NCBI GenBank assembly: GCA_035702555.1
Contig: DASSQK010000017.1
Coordinates: forward strand, 1-30,960
DNA length: 30,960 nucleotides
Direction: 5' to 3'
From: Gaiellaceae bacterium
Lineage (GTDB): Bacteria; Actinomycetota; Thermoleophilia; Gaiellales; Gaiellaceae
Shown here: positions 25,357-30,960 of the stretch, in pieces
Position numbering within the stretch: position 1 is the stretch's first letter
How the letters are laid out: each line of letters opens with the position of its first letter
Notes under the pieces: model-generated
The model's database searches: none
What the model was told of the DNA's origin: nothing
What the model saw: the letters and a program-made list of their open reading frames with translations, nothing else
Program-made: the position numbers and the translations under genes

Positions 25357-25898
25357 GCGTCGAGATCGACCGTCGTCGGCGGATGCAGCACGGTCGTGAT
25401 CACGATCGGCGCGAGCGACGGGTCCTCCGCCTCCCGCGCGTGCTCGACCAGCTCCTGGATCAGCTCGACCGCCTGCTCAGGGGTGATCCGCGCGCTGACC
25501 TGCGCAGCGCGGAACGACCCGCTGGCGCCGTGCTCCGCCCAGCCGCGCTGCACCTCGTCGAGCATCGCGGCGCGGAGGTCGCTCGTCGCATCGGACTTCA
25601 GCAGCGCGGGAGCGACACGCACCGTGCGCGCGACCGCCCTGTAGGGCTTCTCGCGGCCCTGGCCGCCCTCGGCCAGCTCGATCAGCCCGGCGCGTAGCAG
25701 CATCCGCACGTGGAAGTGCAGGTGGCCGGGGTCGACGCCGAGCCGGTTGGCGAGCTCGCGATTGGTCAGGCTCTCACCTTCGCCTGCGCCGAGCGTCTCG
25801 AGGACGCGCAGTCGCAAGGGGTGGCCGAGCGCCTTGAGCTGTTCCGGCTTTTCAAGTGTCAGGACGTCCAAAATGGGCTTGGGCTGGGTGGCGGCCAT
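25353..25898 (-). CDS. ArsR-like winged-helix transcription regulator
   Basis: LKALGHPLRLRVL...ELANRLGVDPGHLHFHVRMLLRAGLIE...EKPYRA. Confidence 0.85.
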   Translation of the reverse strand: MAATQPKPILDVLTLEKPEQLKALGHPLRLRVLETLGAGEGESLTNRELANRLGVDPGHLHFHVRMLLRAGLIELAEGGQGREKPYRAVARTVRVAPALLKSDATSDLRAAMLDEVQRGWAEHGASGSFRAAQVSARITPEQAVELIQELVEHAREAEDPSLAPIVITTVLHPPTTVDLDA

Positions 25899-25931
25899 GG
25901 CGGGGGTATAACACCGCTCCCCGCGCAGTGT

Positions 25932-26624
25932 CTAGCCGGACAATTGCCCAGCGGCAGCGGGATCTGCGACCACGAGCGTGCGACCGGCGGCCGAGCGGAT
26001 GAGGCTCGCGGGCGCCGACGGGTCGGGCGGACGGCCGAATGCGCGCTCGACCGCGTCGGCCTTCTCCTCGCCGATCACGACGAAGACGATCGCCGGCGCC
26101 GAGCACAGGAACGGCACCGTCAGCGTCACGCGGTCGACGAGCGGCTCGAGCTTCGCCTCCGCCGGAATCGCCCGCCGCTCGCGCTCGGCGAGGGTCGGCT
26201 GGTCGGGGAAGAGCGAGGCCGCATGGCCGTCCGGCCCCATCCCGAGGAGCACGAGGTCGAGCGAGACGCGGCGCAGGAGCTCGTCGTACTCTCGCGACGC
26301 CTCCTCGGCGCCGAGCTCGCCGCGGATCCGCTGCACCTCCCGCGGCATCGCCTCGAGCCGGTCGAGCAGCGTCGTGCGGGCGAGACGGAAGTTCGAGCGG
26401 TCGTCGTCGGGCGGCACGCAGCGCTCGTCGCCCCACCACACCGAGGCCGGGCTCCAGTCCGGCTCGCGCTCGGCCGCCAGCTCGTAGGCGCGGCCCGGCG
26501 AGCGCCCGCCCGTCAGCGCGATCGCGTGCCCCGCCCGCGCCGCGGCGACCAGCTCGTCCGCGACCACCGAGGCCACGCCTTCGGGGTCGTCGCAGACCGT
26601 CAGCTCGACGCCGTGGAGGGTCAT
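25932..26624 (-). CDS. pgl: 6-phosphogluconolactonase
   Basis: ALTGGRSP, WGDERCVPPDDDRSNF, LGMGPDGHAASLFP, RVTLT. ATG overlaps the proC stop (ATGA). Confidence 0.92.
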   Translation of the reverse strand: MTLHGVELTVCDDPEGVASVVADELVAAARAGHAIALTGGRSPGRAYELAAEREPDWSPASVWWGDERCVPPDDDRSNFRLARTTLLDRLEAMPREVQRIRGELGAEEASREYDELLRRVSLDLVLLGMGPDGHAASLFPDQPTLAERERRAIPAEAKLEPLVDRVTLTVPFLCSAPAIVFVVIGEEKADAVERAFGRPPDPSAPASLIRSAAGRTLVVADPAAAGQLSG

Positions 26625-27439
26625 TCCTCCCCGGCAGCCAGCTCGCGCGACCGTTCCATCGCGGCCTGGATCGCGTTCAGGAACGCGGCGCGGACGCCTG
26701 CGCGCTCCAGCTCGCGGATCGCGCGGATCGTCGTTCCGCCGGGCGAGGTCACCTGCTCGCGCAGCTCGACCGGGTGGATCCCCTCGTCCCGGAGCAGCCT
26801 GGCCGTGCCGAGCATCGTCTGGACGACGAGCTGCGTCGTGACCTCGCGCGAGAGCCCGAGCAGGATTCCGGCCTCGATCATCGCCTCCGCGAGCAGCGCG
26901 AAGTACGCGGGGCCCGAGCCGGAGACCGCCGTGACCGCGTCCATGTAGCGCTCCGGTACCTCGACGACCGCGCCGAGGTGGCTCAGCGCCTCCTCGGCCA
27001 GCCGCAGGTGCTCCTCGCCGGCGTGCGCACCGGCGCAGATCCCCGCGATGCCCTCGTGGACGGTCGCGGGCCGGTTCGGCATCGCCCGCACGACCGGCAC
27101 GCCCTCGGCCACCTGCCGCTCGATCGCCGCCGTCGGGATCGCCGCGGCGACGGAGAGCACCGTCTGCTCGGGGCTGAGGACGCCGCCGATCTCGCCGAGC
27201 AGCCCGTCGAAGTCCTGCGGCTTGACCGCGATCACCACCAGGCTCGCGCCCGCCACCGCCTCGGCGTTCGAGAGCGTCGCGCGGACGCCGTGGCGCTCCT
27301 CGAGCTCGCGCGCGCGTTCCTGCTCGCGCACCGTGACCACCACCTCGCCCGGCTCGCGCCAGCCGCCGTCCAGCAGCCCCTGCAGGAGCGACTCGCCGAT
27401 CGTCCCGGTACCGAGGATCGCGACGCGACGCGCGTCCAT
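26621..27439 (-). CDS. proC: Pyrroline-5-carboxylate reductase
   Basis: ILGTGTIG, AVKPQD, VRAMPNRP, TAVSGSGPAY, VTSPGGTT. TAGACT 8 nt before ATG. Confidence 0.95.
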   Translation of the reverse strand: MDARRVAILGTGTIGESLLQGLLDGGWREPGEVVVTVREQERARELEERHGVRATLSNAEAVAGASLVVIAVKPQDFDGLLGEIGGVLSPEQTVLSVAAAIPTAAIERQVAEGVPVVRAMPNRPATVHEGIAGICAGAHAGEEHLRLAEEALSHLGAVVEVPERYMDAVTAVSGSGPAYFALLAEAMIEAGILLGLSREVTTQLVVQTMLGTARLLRDEGIHPVELREQVTSPGGTTIRAIRELERAGVRAAFLNAIQAAMERSRELAAGEE

Positions 27440-27450
27440 GGCGGTTGAGT

Positions 27451-28302
27451 CTAGGCGGCGCGCGTCTTGGGCAACGGCACGAGGCCCTGGGCGTACGCCT
27501 GCAGCAGGTAGACGCTCGCGAGCCCATTCCACTCACCGTACGGCGCGAGCAGCTCGACCGTCTCCCACCCCTCGACCCAGCGGCCGCGCAGCGCGGAGAG
27601 CAGCTTGATCAGCCCGAGGTCTGCCACGAGCCCGCGGTCGTAGCGGCCGAGCCCTTCGAGGAAGACGACGCCGACCGACCAGGGGCCGAGCCCACGCTCC
27701 CGCAGCAGGCGCTCCGCGGGCGCGTCGCCCGACACGGCGCGGAGCCGCTCGAGCTCCAGCGAACGGCAGATCCGCACGAGCGCTGCGCCGCGGCGCGTGC
27801 CCAGGCCGAGCCGCCGCAGCTCCGCGGGGGCCAGCCGGCCGAGGGTCGCGCAGTCGGGCGGCGCGTGCAGCCGGGTCCCGGCGAGCGGCGGCATCAGCGC
27901 CCGGATCACCCGGCGCTCGATCTGGCGCGCGTGCCGCGCCTGGATCAGCTGACCGCACACCGCGCGGAGCAGCGACTGTGCGACCGTCGAGGTTCGCAGC
28001 GGCCGCAGCCCGCGCAGGCGACGCGTGGCCTCGCCGATGAGCGGGTCGCGGGCGAACCGGCGCAGGAACTCCCGATGGTCGTGGTCGAGCGCGAGCACGA
28101 ACCGCAGCTCGTCGATCCCCGCGTCGTGCGGCGCGCGGAGCTGGACGACGCCGTCGGCCTGCTGCCACGCCCGGCCGGCGCCGCCGCTCGCCAGGGCCGC
28201 GACGAGCACGCCGTCGACGTTGGTGCGGGTCGCGTCGCTCCCGGCGCGGAGGGTGTCGCGGAGTGAGTACGGGCCGCGCGGCCGGACCGCGGCCGCGATC
28301 AC
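27451..28302 (-). CDS. AlkA-like HhH-GPD DNA glycosylase
   Basis: LLRAVCGQLI, RGLGPWS helix-hairpin-helix, VADLGL (catalytic Asp position). GTG overlaps the upstream stop (GTGA at 28299-28302). Confidence 0.85.
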   Translation of the reverse strand: MIAAAVRPRGPYSLRDTLRAGSDATRTNVDGVLVAALASGGAGRAWQQADGVVQLRAPHDAGIDELRFVLALDHDHREFLRRFARDPLIGEATRRLRGLRPLRTSTVAQSLLRAVCGQLIQARHARQIERRVIRALMPPLAGTRLHAPPDCATLGRLAPAELRRLGLGTRRGAALVRICRSLELERLRAVSGDAPAERLLRERGLGPWSVGVVFLEGLGRYDRGLVADLGLIKLLSALRGRWVEGWETVELLAPYGEWNGLASVYLLQAYAQGLVPLPKTRAA

Positions 28303-29627
28303 CAGGCGCCGCGGGAGTCGGCGCCGACCGGCTCGGCGGCGAGGTCTGCGGCCTTCTCGAGCACCTCGAGCGCCTCGTTCTCGCGGCCTGCGCGGCGGAG
28401 GAACTTCCCCCAGGCCCGGTAAGCCTCGACGTAGTCGCGCCGGTGGCTCTGCTCCGCGAGCAGCCCCGTCGCCCGGCGGAACGCGTCGTCGGCGGCGTCC
28501 GCGTCCCCGGCGAGCGCGAGCCCCTCCGCGAGCGCCCAGATCGCGTTGCCCTGCTCGCGCGGGTGGTCGTCGCCGACCGCGTTCAGCGCAGCGCCGGCAC
28601 GGCGGACGGCTTCCTCGCCGTCGCCGAGCGCGACCGCGCGCCTGGCCTGGTCGGTGTAGAGGCTTGCGACGTCGACCGCTTCGGCGCTCGTTCCGAACAG
28701 CCGCTCCGCCAGGTCGAAGTGCCGCCCGGCCGCGTCGGCCCGGCCGTGGGTCATCTGGATGTCGCCGCAGAGGAGGTGGGCCCGCGCGAGGTCGAGCGTG
28801 TCGTCGGTGGCCGCGAGCAAGGCGATCGCCCGCCGCGCGTAGTCGAGCGCGGCCGCCGGCCGTCCCTGCGCGTCATGGTGCCGCGCGAGCGAGCGGTACA
28901 GCCGGACGCGCGCGTACGCATCCGTCAGCTCGTCGGCGGCGTCGAGCGCCGCGTCGAGGACGGATTGCGCCCGCTCCAGGTCGTTGAGCTCGGCGAGTAC
29001 GTGGCCGAGGTGGCTCGTGAGGCGAACCCGGGCCGCGAGGTCCTCGGGCGCCTCGGCGACCTCCTCGAGGCAGCGCTCGTAGAGCTCGACCGCCTGCTCC
29101 GGCCGGCCGGTCGCCGCGTAGGCGCGACCGAGCGCGGCGAAGACGTCGGGGCGGGCGGCGGCCGAGACCGGTGTCGACTCCAGGCCCGCCTCGAGCCGCT
29201 CGATCGCCTCGGTGTCCCTGCCCGCCGCCGCCGCGGCCAGCCCGAGCGCGAGGTGTGCGCGCGACGATGCGACGGTGTCGCCCGCTGCGGCCGCGTCGTC
29301 GCGGAGCCGCTCGAGGGCACCCTCGGCCTGCGCCGGGTCACCGCCGAGCCGCAGCTCCAGCTCCGCATCGGCGATCCGGAGCTCGCGCTCGTCCACGTCG
29401 CGCATCTCGGAGCCAGTCTCGAGGTAGTCCGCGGAGACGCCGAGCTTGCGGCCGAGCATGCGCAGCGCCTTCACCGACGGGCGGCGCGCGCCGGCCTCGA
29501 TGCGCGAGATGTACGCGTACGAGACGCCCGGGCTTGCGAGCTCGCGCTGAGACAGCCCACGTTCGTGCCGCAGGCGCCGCAGACGCTGGCCGATGGACTC
29601 GGCCAGTTCCTCGGGGGGAGGAACCAC
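28299..29627 (-). CDS. Second XRE-HTH + TPR regulator (start GTG 29627, or ATG 29636)
   Basis: IGQRLRRLRHERGLSQRELASPGVSYAYISRIEAGARRPS HTH plus TPR-like repeats. TTGACG-N17-CAAGAT promoter puts the predicted TSS at GTG 29627. Confidence 0.9.
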   Translation of the reverse strand: MVPPPEELAESIGQRLRRLRHERGLSQRELASPGVSYAYISRIEAGARRPSVKALRMLGRKLGVSADYLETGSEMRDVDERELRIADAELELRLGGDPAQAEGALERLRDDAAAAGDTVASSRAHLALGLAAAAAGRDTEAIERLEAGLESTPVSAAARPDVFAALGRAYAATGRPEQAVELYERCLEEVAEAPEDLAARVRLTSHLGHVLAELNDLERAQSVLDAALDAADELTDAYARVRLYRSLARHHDAQGRPAAALDYARRAIALLAATDDTLDLARAHLLCGDIQMTHGRADAAGRHFDLAERLFGTSAEAVDVASLYTDQARRAVALGDGEEAVRRAGAALNAVGDDHPREQGNAIWALAEGLALAGDADAADDAFRRATGLLAEQSHRRDYVEAYRAWGKFLRRAGRENEALEVLEKAADLAAEPVGADSRGAW

Positions 29628-29694
29628 CGAGTTCATCTTGACCACGCCCCGGGACACCGTCAATTTCGAGCCGTCAGTCGCTATCGTCGCGGGG

Positions 29695-30183
29695 GTGAGC
29701 ATCGATTCGCGCGTCGATATCGGGCACGTGCACCTGAAGGTCTCGGACATCGACGCCGCGCTCGCCTTCTACCGCGACGTCCTCGGCTTCGACGTGATGC
29801 AGCGCATGGGCGACCAGGCAGCGTTCATCTCGGCCGGCGGCTACCACCACCATCTCGGGCTGAACACGTGGGAGTCGCGAGGCGGCTCGGCGCCCCCACC
29901 CGGGACGACCGGGCTCTACCACGTCGCCATCCGCTACCCGGACCGGGCGCAGCTCGGCGACGCGCTGCGGCGGCTCGTGGAGGCGCGCTGGCCGATCGAC
30001 GGCGCGACCGACCACGGCGTCTCCGAGGCGATCTACCTGCGCGACCCCGACGGCAACGGGATCGAGCTCTACCGCGACCGGCCCCAGGAGGAGTGGCCGC
30101 GAGCCGGGGACGGGAAGAGCGTGGCGATGGTCAACGCGCCCCTCGATCTCGAGGCGCTGCTCGCCGAGGCTCCGGCTCCCTGA
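29695..30183 (+). CDS. VOC family protein (catechol 2,3-dioxygenase/CatE-like single domain)
   Basis: IGHVHLKVSD, GGYHHHLGLNTW, GLYHVAIRYP, DHGVSEAIYLRDPDGNGIELY. TATCGT 7 nt before GTG. Confidence 0.9.
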   Translation: MSIDSRVDIGHVHLKVSDIDAALAFYRDVLGFDVMQRMGDQAAFISAGGYHHHLGLNTWESRGGSAPPPGTTGLYHVAIRYPDRAQLGDALRRLVEARWPIDGATDHGVSEAIYLRDPDGNGIELYRDRPQEEWPRAGDGKSVAMVNAPLDLEALLAEAPAP

Positions 30184-30416
30184 TGGCGAAGGGCTACGCG
30201 GAGGGACCCGCGGCCGAGGAGGCCGAGCGCCGGCGCGAGGAGCTCGAGCGGGGGCCGCAGGAGCACGGATCCGAGCCCCGGCCTGCCGTCTACGGCTCGA
30301 CCGAGCAGGAGCCCGAGCGGCACTTCCTCGGCTGGCGCGACGACGTCGACCCGGACGAGCTCTTCGACGCGGGCGAGGCCTGGGGCCTGACCGTCGTGCG
30401 CGTCAGCGCACCCTGA
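30183..30416 (+). CDS. Small hypothetical protein (77 aa)
   Basis: TGATG stop/start overlap with the VOC gene; MAKGYAEG...WGLTVVRVSAP. Confidence 0.6.
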   Translation: MAKGYAEGPAAEEAERRREELERGPQEHGSEPRPAVYGSTEQEPERHFLGWRDDVDPDELFDAGEAWGLTVVRVSAP

Positions 30417-30487
30417 CCGGAGAGGACGCGGCCGGAGCCGCGGGACCTCCCGATCGGCCCGCGCGACGGTGCTATACCTAGCGGGGG

Positions 30488-30960
30488 ATGGCAAAGCCCG
30501 TCGAGCAGCTCGAGCAGGTGACGATCCGTTTCGCCGGCGACTCGGGCGACGGGATGCAGCTCGCCGGCGGCCGCTTTACCAGCGAGACCGCGCTGATCGG
30601 GAACGACCTCTCGACGCTCCCGGACTTTCCCGCCGAGATCCGCGCTCCCGCGGGCTCGCTGCCGGGCGTCTCCGGCTTCCAGCTCCACTTCGCCGACCAC
30701 GACATCCTCACGCCCGGCGACGCGCCCGACGTGCTGGTCGCGATGAACCCGGCGGCGCTGAAGACGAACCTGCGCGACCTGCCCAAGGGCGGGACGCTGA
30801 TCGTCAACCGCGACGCGTTCACGGAGCGGAACCTCGAGAAGGCCGGCTACGGCGCCAGCCCGCTCGGCGACGGCTCGCTCGACGAGTACCACGTGCACGA
30901 GGTCCCGCTCACGTCGCTGACGCTCGAGGCGCTGAAGGAGGTCGACGTCAGCAAGCGCGA
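30488..30960 (+). CDS. korA: 2-oxoacid:acceptor (ferredoxin) oxidoreductase alpha subunit, 5' part (not in ORF track)
   Basis: Hand translation: [27 protein letters not shown]...[20 protein letters not shown]...[12 protein letters not shown]. Confidence 0.93.
   Translation, partial: MAKPVEQLEQVTIRFAGDSGDGMQLAGGRFTSETALIGNDLSTLPDFPAEIRAPAGSLPGVSGFQLHFADHDILTPGDAPDVLVAMNPAALKTNLRDLPKGGTLIVNRDAFTERNLEKAGYGASPLGDGSLDEYHVHEVPLTSLTLEALKEVDVSKR

Noticed and set aside
29637-29663. GGTCAAG 7-mer upstream of both HTH-TPR genes as a shared operator
   Set aside because: It is short, overlaps promoter hexamers, and the half-site orientation and spacing differ between the two loci, so it could be chance.
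28263-30182. 717-aa plus-strand ORF suggesting a large protein ending at 30416
   Set aside because: Antisense shadow of the HTH-TPR gene and out of frame with the VOC gene; only the last 77 codons from the TGATG overlap are plausible.

Overview
Very GC-rich, gene-dense chromosomal window with no tRNA, rRNA, CRISPR array or transposase that I can see. The gene set and leaderless promoters suggest an actinobacterium, probably Thermoleophilia/Gaiellales-like (inference). Most genes are housekeeping or metabolic: nadE, an SDR, an acyl-CoA synthetase, a DHA2 MFS pump, an ABC1 kinase, selD, an ApgM-like mutase, ctaA, PAC2, dipZ, a DExH helicase, fadB/fadA, pgl, proC, an alkA-like glycosylase and korA. 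The top candidate for an undescribed system is at about 5.6-7.5 kb. There an XRE-HTH+TPR regulator with RRNPP-like architecture (5965-7314) is followed after 18 bp by an ORF missing from the track (7333-7458). This ORF has a consensus RBS and encodes a 41-aa signal-peptide-like product, MNKARLISLTVTLSMLAFYLEGFARGCGFFFGHGGSWFDGH. Divergent from it is a roughly 175-nt structured RNA candidate with a near-consensus promoter and its own terminator. Together they look like a peptide receptor / pro-peptide / sRNA signalling module of a type characterised mainly in Bacillota. A second, peptide-less HTH-TPR paralogue lies at 28.3-29.6 kb. Other notable items: a secreted cupredoxin with natural Cys->Asp and Met->Leu ligand changes, a selD coupled to a nucleotidyltransferase, a 167-bp strand-specific hairpin element, a probable CTG start for fadB, and widespread leaderless promoters.
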